The position numbers were made by a program, and so were the translations under genes. 64,000 bases of DNA from the NCBI RefSeq assembly GCF_001194135.2, contig NC_068987.1, forward strand, positions 80,237,805 to 80,301,804, in the 5' to 3' direction. The first letter of the stretch is position 1; every line of letters begins with the position of its first letter. The stretch is from Octopus bimaculoides (Eukaryota). The notes beneath the pieces were generated by a model. The model made no database searches. It was given only the letters and a program-made list of their open reading frames with translations, and was not told where the DNA came from. Shown here in pieces: positions 37,632-50,473 of the stretch.

Positions 37632-40600
37632 GTGTTAGTGTTTCTGAATGAATGTATGTGTGTCTACGCGCGTTTTATGTGAAATGTTTGTAAAGTCTAT
37701 GCAAAGCAGCAACTCAATTAAAGAATGATATAAAAAACTCCGTGAAAAGGAAACTTGCTTAATTCGTATAACTTTTGTATCGTCTTTATAGTCATTCTCA
37801 TTCATACACGTTCCAAATTCTTTTTAAATGGCATGTGTGTTACGGCACTACCCCGTTTGTCTTTGAATTTGTGTTTTGCTTTTTCTCTCTTGTGCATATA
37901 TTAAAGACGTCAATGATTAACGAAAAGATAAAATCAGAATTTGAAGGAAAGAAACGAAATACAAACCTGACTCGGAGAGTTTTACCGAAGGGAGACTTTC
38001 GTTGCTTTCTCGACAATCAGATGCTGCCAATGATGCCGAAACTTTCATAACTGCTTGTGACATCTTTCGCTTCACCTTCTTACTCAGGGAATTGCGATGG
38101 ACACCTTAAATGTAAATACCAGAACTAGTAGAGCTTAAGTATAGCTAGAAAACATTCGCCAGCGACACACTATTATAGTAACAATGATATATATTTTTAG
38201 ATCATATTTTCGTACAATTCATAAAAACTCAATGAATGTAGGGCATGCAATAAATATCTGAGTAATACCATGACGACATTTAATACTCATCATACTTTCA
38301 ATTGGTACTGCTCAAGAATTAACCATAGCTAAATTTATTTGTCTTGTCTTTTATTTCTTTCGATTCATTATCAACAAATTCATGAATATTTATTGATATT
38401 TTTGCATTCATTTCTAAATACCATTTAGATCAACTTTAATTGATGCTATATTGTTTTATGAATATTTTGAATTTGACTATTCATTCATAGATCAAATGAT
38501 ACTTTTAGCCTATTTGAATTTTTAATTCATTTGCCACACATTTTTGATAAGTTTATTTTAATGGCAAAGTGATCAATTGGTTTTTATTGTATACGTGTTG
38601 CTCTCGCAGTTCATCGATACAGATGATCTTGCCGTCACAGCTCATCGGTAGTTTTATATTCAAAACTTTTTAGCATCTCTTGAAAATACTGCGACCAAAG
38701 TTGACCTGTATCACAGTACAGAGTAGATTGAGTATATAATTGTCAACGAGACTGAAAGCAACCAGCGATTTGTTTCAACGATAGCTCAAGATACAAATAT
38801 ATCTTACTATTTTGCCTTCTTTTGACATGTTTTATTTTTTCTTGACTCACGCGCTCTGAATTTTCCTCTAACCAACGATTAAAGACATAAATTTATATGG
38901 ATATGTATTTATATATCAGTAATATTTTCATTTATTATGCTAACTGTTAATGCTTTTGTATTCTTTCCATCAACCCCTTGTTTTGATTAGTTATAAAATT
39001 TATTAAAAAAAGGGTTGATCGATAAATTAAAGAATCATTTAAGAGCTAAGGTTAATATAATCCATTGTCCTCCCCGCTTCCTCGCGACGGTCGATTATTT
39101 TTTTTTAATTTTGAAAATTGTTCAGTGAAAGTGGAGTGCAAAAGCCTCTCAGACCTGCCCGAGCTTATTCAAGTATCTCACGAATACCCACTGATTTTCC
39201 GAATGTGTCAATATAGCCATGAACAAAGCGTATAAGGCTATCCAGATCGTTTCTAGATAGTGTAATTATTAAGATAGCAGGCAAAGGTATTATAGCGTGT
39301 CCATAACTTCTGATATTCAGCTATTTGGGTAACTGCAGCTCTTGGCAGGAAAGGTTGGGTATGCGAAAAAGTGAAAACAGAGGCTGGGATGCGGCCGGGA
39401 GTGCATAGATTTGTAAAGGGTAAACCACCTGGTTTGGGTGTTCCGCCCTAGAAGTTTTATAGAGAAATGCCAATATTATTTAACCCTCTATTGGCAAACT
39501 CCTCATACAAGTTTCAAGAGAAACTGGAAATTCTTCCCAGCTTTGTTAGTTGAGGTGTCGTATCATTTGCAAAGAAAGATATGAATAAGGTACCAATATC
39601 GACTATTTCCTATCCATTACTCAACTGGATACAAAATTTAAAGTTTTGCTTATGTTTTACTCGAAGGCTTTGGTATGTATCACCGTTACTGATACCAGAA
39701 GGGGCTCAAAATTGCTTTGGTGAGGCTCTGTTCAGCTTGGATCAAGAGCAATTTCTTGACGGATTCAATAACCACAACTTGGTGGTGACCATAAGTGGTA
39801 AGGTCACATTTCCAGAGGGTAGATCAGCTCATTATAAAGTATAATTTAGACATCATACATTTGGTTCACCAAGTGTTCCTTACTTCTCTGTTTATTGTGA
39901 TTCGCGGAGCAATGAGAAACATCCTGTTCGAACTGGAATTCCCGAAGACTGTGTCATCTTTTGAGGACACTGCAGTGATAGTATCAACCACCAGATAAAT
40001 TTAGATGGTCAACGAGGCGTACGGTTAACTAGAACAGATTGGTGAGCCTATAACTCAGTACTCAGCGAGGCAAGTCCATGCAGGCCGCTGTCAAAGATCA
40101 CTGTATGCTTGGGGTTTGGTTAGGCTCAGAGCCCAGATTAATAAAGAATATGATAGGCTACAAATCCCACAAAGAAATGATTTGAGAAGAAACTCTGCTT
40201 GAATGGTTATGTAGAGGTAGTGATGAGCATCACTTATTTGATACTACCTAACAGTTTGCATATCTGAAGCCTGAAGCTTTCTAGACAAACCATTTACTAT
40301 CCAGTATAATTTGAACTGAGGTCTCGATATACTGCGGCTTATGATGCGTATGCATAAACTAAGACTGTGACGTCATAGTTTGTGTGTCAAACTTCATATC
40401 TTTGATAGAAGTACATTCCTGGGTCAACTGAAGATTGAAATCATGCACCTGGCAACTGAAGTGTTGTTAGCAGTTCTCTACCAATCGAAGTGCGGCTGCT
40501 GATACGACGTATTCCTTGAAATTTATAGCATTGCGATTGGCTGTACTAGGTCCTCTCCATATTAAGAAGCGTATTTTTCCAAATCTTTTACGATATACTA

Positions 40601-40769
40601 TTATTTTTTACACTTATTTCCTCATACAAGATTCTATAAAGTCTCCCCCCCCCCCAATTTGTATTTTGACCTTGTATTAACTCCTCATATCTCGCCCGTA
40701 TGAGAATAAAGAAACGATTAATAATAATATCCCTTTCTTCTGATATTAAGCAAACACGTATTATATTAC

Positions 40770-40800
<31 letters not shown>

Positions 40801-43800
40801 NNNNNNNNNNNNNNNNNNNNNNNNNNNNNNNNNNNNNNNNNNNNNNNNNNNNNNNNNNNNNNNNNNNNNNNNNNNNNNNNNNNNNNNNNNNNNNNNNNNN
40901 NNNNNNNNNNNNNNNNNNNNNNNNNNNNNNNNNNNNNNNNNNNNNNNNNNNNNNNNNNNNNNNNNNNNNNNNNNNNNNNNNNNNNCAGAGTTCAAATTCC
41001 GCCTAGGTCGACTTTGCCTTTTATCCTTACGGGGTCGATAAATTAAGTACCAGTTAAGTAGTGGGGTCGCTGTAATCGACAAGTACCCTCTCCCAAAATT
41101 TCAGGCCCTTTGCCTTTAGTAGAAAGGATTAGTAGTATTATTGCTAGGGCGGTGAGCTGGCAGAATCGTGAGCAGACCGGGCGGAATGCTTAGCGGTATT
41201 TCGTCCGTCTTCATGTTCTGAGTTCAAATTCTACCGAAGTCGACTTTGTCATTTATCCTTTCGGGGTCGATAAATTAAGTACCAGTGAAACACTGGGGTC
41301 AAATTTCAGGCCTTGTGCCTTTAGTAGAAAAGATTATTATTGTTGTTGTTGAAAGAAACGGAGGTATGTAAGATACCTCCATCAAGGAAATGATTTTCAA
41401 CCGAATTGCCTTTCGAAAAACAGTTTTGTTCAAATTCTAATATGGAAGCCTTTCCTACTGCTTGAGGGTTCTAATCCATTGCGTCTCAGTAGTGAGGGGT
41501 GGAAAATTGTATACGGGGACTGGACACAAAGACAGAGTTAGGGGTCATAATTCACCTGCACGGATTTTAGTTTTATTTCCTATTTAAAATTTAATTTAAA
41601 AAGAATTAATGCAGTATTTTGATAAGCTTCCCATTTGTCTCAATCACAACGATGGTAACAATGACAACAACATTAACGTTAATAACAGACTTTGAAATGT
41701 GAATAAGAGACAAAATTAAATATATACCACCTGTGCATGTAAATTATAAACAATATAAAGTATAATTTAAAAGACATCTACCTGAGCTTGGCTGAAGGCA
41801 CGCGCTAAGCGTTGGGTCAGTAACTAAGGTCAAGCGTTGATGTATCAAATATTCGCTTATGGTATGTTGGTGTTGAGGCAGATAATCACTTGTAACTAAA
41901 TTATTCTGGCCTGATATTACGTGTAAGTAAAAATGGAGGGCATTGAGTCGTAGCAAGGGGACATTGAAAAAGTGTTAAGAAACGGTAGTTTTAATAAACA
42001 GAAAACGTTTCAGAAGCAATGATCTAATCCTAGAGCAGAGAAAAATATTTTCTTTAGACATTTTTAACTGTTACCATTTTTTTTTTCAATTTTGAGAGTA
42101 GCCATTTTGTTTATTTCATGCAGTTAAAAGGTAAAAATCGATTCAGGTGGCAGCAATAATCTCATTAATATTAACAGATATACATGCAAAAGCAAATATA
42201 CAAATAGCTCTAAGCTTCACTGCTTACTATAGAATTCACAGAGCATTGATTCGTACAAGTATCAACGACAACATCAGCAATACTATCGTTTACTAATGAA
42301 ATGGGTTAAAAGGAATGATTAGACATGAGCGACCAAAAGGTAAAGAAAAGGAAGGGGAAGTGGGGGAGATATGTAACGAAAGACCAAACTTCTTTGCCCC
42401 AAAAAATTATCCAAGAAAAAGCTTGAAGGAAGTTGGTATGTTTTTGTTTGTTGCTTTTTAGCAAAGGAAGCTGAGAAGAGGAATAGCAGTTCAGCTAGTC
42501 TAATGTTTGGCTTTGATTTTTACCCATAGGCACCAATCAAATTCTGTGTTGAAATCACTATTCTCTCCCGTGGAATTAGTAACTACAATTATAAATCAAT
42601 ATATATATATATTATTTTCAAATATTATCTCAGCAGTTAAATTATCTGGAATATATTTCATTATTTTAAATATTTATTCCATCTCATATCTGAATTTTTC
42701 ATAGATTAGATTTTTCTTTTTATAACAGTAAATTGATTCTATGAATTATTAATGTTTGAATAGTAATTCCAACCAATTATTTAACAATTAGATATCTTTT
42801 CTCAATGAAAACCTCTCGATGGTATTAATAGAAACAAAAGAGTGACTGTAACTCATGCAGAACAAATATCGTACGGGATTTAGTTCGATACGCACCGGCA
42901 TTTTAGCTTCCTCGCTTACGTTTACACACTTTGTCTATATGCACCCGAGAAAGACATACACGTATGTATGTATGTATGTAAAACTTGTTTTTTAATAATT
43001 CAATTATTGAACCGCGGCCTTTCTGGAGCGCCGCGTCGATGAAATAGTGCGTGGGCTGGGAGAGAAATCCGGATCGGCTACTTCGAAGGCAATATCAGAA
43101 TTCACGGCAGACTTCCGTACAGTTGCCGATTGCCAAATGCTCCTTACAAATCAACAAAGCATAAACTAATGGAAGTTATAATGGGAGACACTTTTCCTAA
43201 GTGCCATACTTTGAGTTTGAACCCGTGCCATGGGATTGTGAAGCTATAGCATCACGACTACATTCACATCCCTACCTTAACATTTATTACATCGAATTGT
43301 TTTGTTGGATAGTCTAAGCAATTTACTTTCTAACCTTTTCTTAGAAAGAGGCTCATTCTAGTTAGACAGGTTGCTTATTTCTCATTTTATACTCTCCATT
43401 CCAAAGTCACGCATCTTTATACATTCCTCTATTAGTTTGAAATGAAATCTTCCTTTATATTCTAATTTATATATGTGCAATTGTAAACTTCCAAAAATGT
43501 TTATACTGCAGTTTTAAACCACCAGAAGAACCACTAAACTAAACTCGCTATTAGTAACATTCTTTTCGAAATGAGACGATTGAGCGCAGCTGTTTGGACA
43601 CTGGCGATTTGGCATGGTTGATTGGACAGTCAGTCTATTTTGGCAACAGTATCTTTTGGTATAGGAGGCAAACACGCGCGCCCGCGCAAAAGATTATAGA
43701 CAGAAAGAGTGAGTGAGTGAGAAAGAGAGAGAGAGACAGAGAAAGTGAGAGAGAGTGAGAGAGAGAGACACAGAGAGTGAAAGAGAGGGGACGGGAGAAA

Positions 43801-46520
43801 GATACATTACAATTTATTCATTGAACACAATTCACATAAAAACGTTCCCTCTCCTTACATACACAGGAAAATATTTTCACACATAAATAGCGGGAGAGAG
43901 GGAGAGAGAGAGAACGATAAAATTCTTAATGCTAAATAATTCAATATCGAATCAGCGACAGCAAATGGGCGCCGCCAAAATGACTGCCACAATCTCTCAT
44001 AACCTATTCTTTCTTAGTAGACAAAACTAGGCGACAAATGTTCGATCCATCTTACTACTGAAGCCATATGTAGATATCGTAATTGTTACTGCTATCAAGT
44101 TCAGCATCGGAGGTTACATAACGTCAGGACCTGCGTTTCATGTTGTAAAATATTCTTTTCTACTCTAAGCACAAAGCCCGAAATTTGGTGGGAGGAAGCC
44201 AACCGATTATATCGACCCCAATACGCAACTGGTACTTAATTTATCGACCCCGAAAGGATGAAAGGCAAAGTCGACCATGGCGGAATTTCAACTCAGAAAG
44301 TAAAGACAGACGAAATACCACTAAGCATTCCGCCCGGCGTGCTAACGTTTCTGATTTCTTTATTGCCCACAAGGGGCTAAACATAGAAGGGAGAAACAAG
44401 GACAGACAAAGGGATTAGGTCGATAATATCGACCCCAGTGCGTAACGGCAGAACGTAAAGGCAGACGAAATACCGCTAAGCACTTCGCCCGGCGTGCTAA
44501 CGCTTCTGCCAGTTCACCGCTTTCACATTGTATTCTGAATTGTTATCCCTTGCACAGAACATTAAAAAAAAAATTTATAAAAGAAATAAAGAATAGTCAC
44601 AATACTAAATACTAAACTAATGCACAAAAATAAACACATCTCAACGCAGGAAGAACTTAAATGCCAAAAATTAAACGGACACAAACATAACGAAATAGAA
44701 TGAAATCGAGTGAACCGGAAAGTACATTTCTTACCTGGCTGCACAATATAAGAATCTTCACTGCTAGCTGGGGAGTGCAAAGGGGAAATCCGTCCAAATG
44801 GTGCGTCTAACTTATCTCGGGCTGCAAGAATAAAAGAACAAAACAGAAAACGCATATTGTATACTCAACTACCCGAAAGATCGTAGAATGTGAAACCAGT
44901 AGTGATCAAAATAATAATGTATGTGTGTATGTATTCGTACATACGCATATGTCTGTCTGTCTGTCTGTCTGACTGTCTGTATGTATGTTTGTATGTATGT
45001 ATATATATATATATATTACACATTCGAAGTATACGGAATTTGTGAACTTATCGGATACTGTACTACAGGAGTAAGCACATAAATGTGCAACAAGGTGGAA
45101 AAAAAGAGTACTCAAATACCAGAGGTAGAGTATTATGCTTTATCTAAAAGCAGCAGAAATATAACAAAAAAACTGTTACTCGGAGTCTCACGTTCCCGTT
45201 CATCGGACAGTTTTGTTAGAATACACAATTGGATCTATTTTAAAACGGGGCCGCCAGTATTTTCTTAACGAAACACTAACGAAACACTTTGAAACTTGGG
45301 ACACTGGTAGAATGTGTCATATAAAACATCTTTTACTCTTAGTCTTCTTAACAAAAAAACGTACATCGCAAGTTATTCCATGTTAAAGTTGTCGTATTTC
45401 TGTAATTTCAACCAATCACTGACGTCTATTCAGCTGAATAGAGTTAGTGCTGGGCGGTCATAAAAATGTTATTCCCTGTGACATATTTCATCCGGTTTAA
45501 TCGTAATTTATACGCATATATTGTTTATATAATAAATTACGCTGTGCGTATCTATNNNNNNNNNNNNNNNNNNNNNNNNNNNNNNNNNNNNNNNNNNNNN
45601 NNNNNNNNNNNNNNNNNNNNNNNNNNNNNNNNNNNNNNNNNNNNNNNNNNNNNNNNNNNNNNNNNNNNNNNNNNNNNNNNNNNNNNNNNNNNNNNNNNNN
45701 NNNNNNNNNNNNNNNNNNNNNNNNNNNNNNNNNNNNNNNNNNNNNNNNNNNNNNNNNNNNNNNNNNNNNNNNNNNNNNNNNNNNNNNNNNNNNNNNNNNN
45801 NNNNNNNNNNNNNNNNNNNNNNNNNNNNNNNNNNNNNNNNNNNNNNNNNNNNNNNNNNNNNNNNNNNNNNNNNNNNNNNNNNNNNNNNNNNNNNNNNNNN
45901 NNNNNNNNNNNNNNNNNNNNNNNNNNNNNNNNNNNNNNNNNNNNNNNNNNNNNNNNNNNNNNNNNNNNNNNNNNNNNNNNNNNNNNNNNNNNNNNNNNNN
46001 NNNNNNNNNNNNNNNNNNNNNNNNNNNNNNNNNNNNNNNNNNNNNNNNNNNNNNNNNNNNNNNNNNNNNNNNNNNNNNNNNNNNNNNNNNNNNNNNNNNN
46101 NNNNNNNNNNNNNNNNNNNNNNNNNNNNNNNNNNNNNNNNNNNNNNNNNNNNNNNNNNNNNNNNNNNNNNNNNNNNNNNNNNNNNNNNNNNNNNNNNNNN
46201 NNNNNNNNNNNNNNNNNNNNNNNNNNNNNNNNNNNNNNNNNNNNNNNNNNNNNNNNNNNNNNNNNNNNNNNNNNNNNNNNNNNNNNNNNNNNNNNNNNNN
46301 NNNNNNNNNNNNNNNNNNNNNNNNNNNNNNNNNNNNNNNNNNNNNNNNNNNNNNNNNNNNNNNNNNNNNNNNNNNNNNNNNNNNNNNNNNNNNNNNNNNN
46401 NNNNNNNNNNNNNNNNNNNNNNNNNNNNNNNNNNNNNNNNNNNNNNNNNNNNNNNNNNNNNNNNNNNNNNNNNNNNNNNNNNNNNNNNNNNNNNNNNNNN
46501 NNNNNNNNNNNNNNNNNNNN

Positions 46521-46553
<33 letters not shown>

Positions 46554-49422
46554 TTATGTATGTACTGACCATTAGATAATAGAGATTATTTTATCACTCA
46601 TTAAGTGTTCTCGCAGGGGAACGGATACTCTGCTCAGTAATTCAGTGTGGTTTGACATGTTAATGTGCAACATTTGGCTAGACACTATAAGGAAAATACT
46701 CCTCACCACTTTGTCATATTTTGATTTTTGTCTACAAACAAAAATATTAATGCAAATATACTTGAAAGACTATAAGAATTAGGTGCTGCTCATGAGATCG
46801 AATCCAGAGGACCGAACGTTAGAAAGCCGAATTCAGATGGCCTGAAATTCAGAATAGTAAAAGCTGGAAAAATAAAATACCGAGAATACCGAATGTTGAG
46901 CAGACCTAAGACGAAAGGTATTCCAGTCATTAGCAATCCTGTTTCCTTTTTATTATTTCTAGGCATAGTTTATCGGAAGATATATTTTTTGATGTGTCCT
47001 TTATGCTTAAGACACTCTGGCTCGATCAAAGAATAATTTGGCTGATATTTCTAGCAATTCCAATGACAACGTAGGCTGATATTTCTAGCAATTCCAATGA
47101 CAACGTAGGCTGATATTTCTAGCAATTCCAATGACAACGTAGGCTGATTATCGTGTGAGACACAATTTAGATGTCCGGACGCATTGCATTCCTCCGGTAT
47201 GTTGATGGCTAATGATTTAAATATATTTGTAACACTGTTTTATTTGTTATTCAGGTTCTTAGCATTTATTATAACGTTTGAAACCTGTAATTTATTAGTA
47301 CTTTAAATTATAGTCTTCATTCTGAAGACTATAATTTTATAGTCGTCATTCCGAAGACTATAATTTTATAGTCGTCATTCTGAACTATTGAATTTGTGAG
47401 AGTATTTTATACAATTCACATTCAAAAAGAGGAAAAAAGAAAAAGGAAGGATTTCGACTGACAACGACTAGCTTCCATTTCTTAAACATCCTTAGTTTGT
47501 TACATAAGTCAAGAGTTATATATTTAGCAGGAAAATTGTATAAGCAACTACTTCGATCCTAGATCATACAAATTCGTAATCCTTTCATTGATCACGGGGT
47601 AACAAAACATAAATTTGACATGGGTCAAATTGAACACAAAACACTGAGAGTGGAACTAAGCACAGGCAGTAATTCTTTTAAGCCCCAAACCGGCCCTGAC
47701 CTTGTTTTTGAAATTATACAAAATCAATGGCTACACATTTTGAAAGAGGAAAGGATCTGTTTAACTTTGTAGCACAGACTTTACCGATACTGACTGCAGG
47801 GAATTAAAAATATTATTATCAGTCAAGTACTATAATAAATGTAATCGCGTGTACCCACCACTAAAATATATAGCGTGTGTCAATGTTACATATTAACAGC
47901 AAGATTTAATTACAAGATTTGAAACCAAAAAACACTACTTAGCTTTATCCTTCAACGTTTTATTCTCAAATTCCACCAACGTCAAGTTTATCTTTTGTTA
48001 CATTGGGAATGATTAATTGACTACTCTTTCGTGTTGTTGTTGTTGTTGGCACTCCGTCGCTTACGACGTCGAGGGTTCCAGTTGATCCGCTCAACGGAGT
48101 AGCCTGCTCGTGAAACTAACGTGCAAGTGGTTGAGCACTCCACAGACACGTGTACCCTTAACGTAGTTCTCGGAGATATTCAGCGTGACAAGGCTGGTCC
48201 TTTGAATTACTGGCACAACAGAAACAGGAAGTAAGAGTGAGAGAAAGTTGTGGTGGAAGAGTACAGCAGGGTTCACCCCCCCCCCCCTGCCGGAGCCTCG
48301 TGAAGCTTTAGGTGTTTTCGCTTAATAAACACTCCCAGCGCCTGGTCTGGGAATCGAAACCACGATCCTATGACATTGAGTTCGCTGCCCTAACCGCTGG
48401 GCCATTGCGCCTCCACTACTCTTTTGTGTAGACACGGGTTATTGTAATTATCCGTAACTGTTTTCCACAATTATAAAGCTATGTGCTAATATAATAAATC
48501 AATACTTTAAATAATTGAGAAAAAGAAGCTAATGATTTGAGAACCTAAACTGTTTTTAAGTCTGAGTTTACATTGTACAATACCTTCGCAAATTTCATAA
48601 TTCAAAAGTACGTGGGTAAAATACACGTGTTGCTTATGGTATGCATTATTTTTAGTTAAACAATAAAAATTATTACGGAGATGTACTTGCATAACAAATG
48701 ACCTGATCTGAGATCATGTGCTGAAACAAAAACAATTGCAGCGTGGAAGATGTTTATAAGCCATTTAAAATACAAAAACCGTTAGATTCACTTAAAAATT
48801 TTAATTCAAATTGCCAAAACATCTTCATCGCTTTGAGACCGCGACCTCACGGAATTTTGTCAGTGAAGAGGTCGCGGTCTCAAAGCGACGAAAATATTTT
48901 GACAAATTAAATTTAAATGTTGAAATGAATCTAAAGGTTTTTGTGTGTTTTTAAATGGCTTATAAACACCTTCCAATAATAATTATTTTAACTAAAAACC
49001 ATTCTTACCAGGAGATTTTTTGGTATGTGTGAGTAAATGTTTCCGCTTTTCATAATTTGGTATGCCCGAAACGCTTCTTTGACTAAAAGAATGAGCAGGA
49101 CTCCTGTTTATTGGACTCGGAGACCCACGACACGGGGTCCCGGCACGTGATGTTTCTGTCGATGCTGAACTCATTGGTGAGTTGTCAGGAAAGAATTGCT
49201 GGCGTTCTGGCAGAGGAGAACTGTTCTCATCGTGATCCTCTAGATCATACCAAATTAGCTGATTGTCCATAGGGGCATCGTACAAGTCCATCAGAACTTC
49301 TCCTATGAAATCATCGTCAGCCGATTTGTTAAATGACCACAAAGTTATTTCAAGCGTCAAGGACTTGAACTGAAATTAAGCAAATCAAAGTAGTGTGATT
49401 AGTAATGATTATAAATACACAC

Positions 49423-49479
<57 letters not shown>

Positions 49480-49898
49480 NNNNNNNNNNNNNNNNNNNNN
49501 NNNNNNNNNNNNNNNNNNNNNNNNNNNNNNNNNNNNNNNNNNNNNNNNNNNNNNNNNNNNNNNNNNNNNNNNNNNNNNNNNNNNNNNNNNNNNNNNNNNN
49601 NNNNNNNNNNNNNNNNNNNNNNNNNNNNNNNNNNNNNNNNNNNNNNNNNNNNNNNNNNNNNNNNNNNNNNNNNNNNNNNNNNNNNNNNNNNNNNNNAAAA
49701 TAGCCAAGGCTGTGTGGAATTTATAGGACATTTATAAAAAAAAAGTAATCTTACAGCTGTTTCTGAGATATTAGGAATATCCCTTCATCAGAGACGATAC
49801 AAGTGAGTTAAAGAGAGGGAAAAAGTAGAGTTCAATATAAGGTGTTATTTTGGAAAAGAATGGATGTAGGAAGTATAAAGGGAAATAAGAGACTAATA

Positions 49899-49940
<42 letters not shown>

Positions 49941-50384
49941 AGAAAAAATGGTTTCTAATCCATGTATTAATGCCAACAGATGTCAATTTTACTCTGAAGG
50001 AAACGGAGAAACTTTCAAAATACAATGATCTTGAAATAGAGGTAACTCGAATGTGGAGTCTAGAAACTGAAACAGTTCTCATCGTAGTAGGCGCATTAGG
50101 TATGATAAAAAAATATTCAGACAAATACATAATTCTTATTATAGTAGGCGTATTAGATATTATAAAAAAAATATTCAAAAACTATAATAATAAAAACACC
50201 AGGACTAGCAAGTATATATAATATACAGAAAATAGCACTACTAGGCACCGCACACATCCTACATAAAACACCTTCAATACAGTAAAAATAAGAGCATCTC
50301 AATAAACCACAGCACATACCCAAAGCACACACAGCTGCGCTCGGTAATTCAGTGAAAGCACGTGATAAAAATAAGACTACTGAA

Positions 50385-50473
<89 letters not shown>

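Noticed and set aside
36532-37682. Long ORFs of 240-370 aa in the ORF track (also near 18.2, 45.5, 50.4 and 58.6 kb)
   Set aside because: They consist almost entirely of X from N gaps.
39480-40560. Possible decayed LINE RT (FANDT on the minus strand; DTDDLA near 38615 on the plus strand)
   Set aside because: Only isolated motif-like words; too degenerate to assign or delimit.
47041-47148. 34-bp direct repeats of CRISPR-like length (also the 23-bp array at 56973)
   Set aside because: Units are contiguous with no spacers, there are no cas genes, and the context is eukaryotic.
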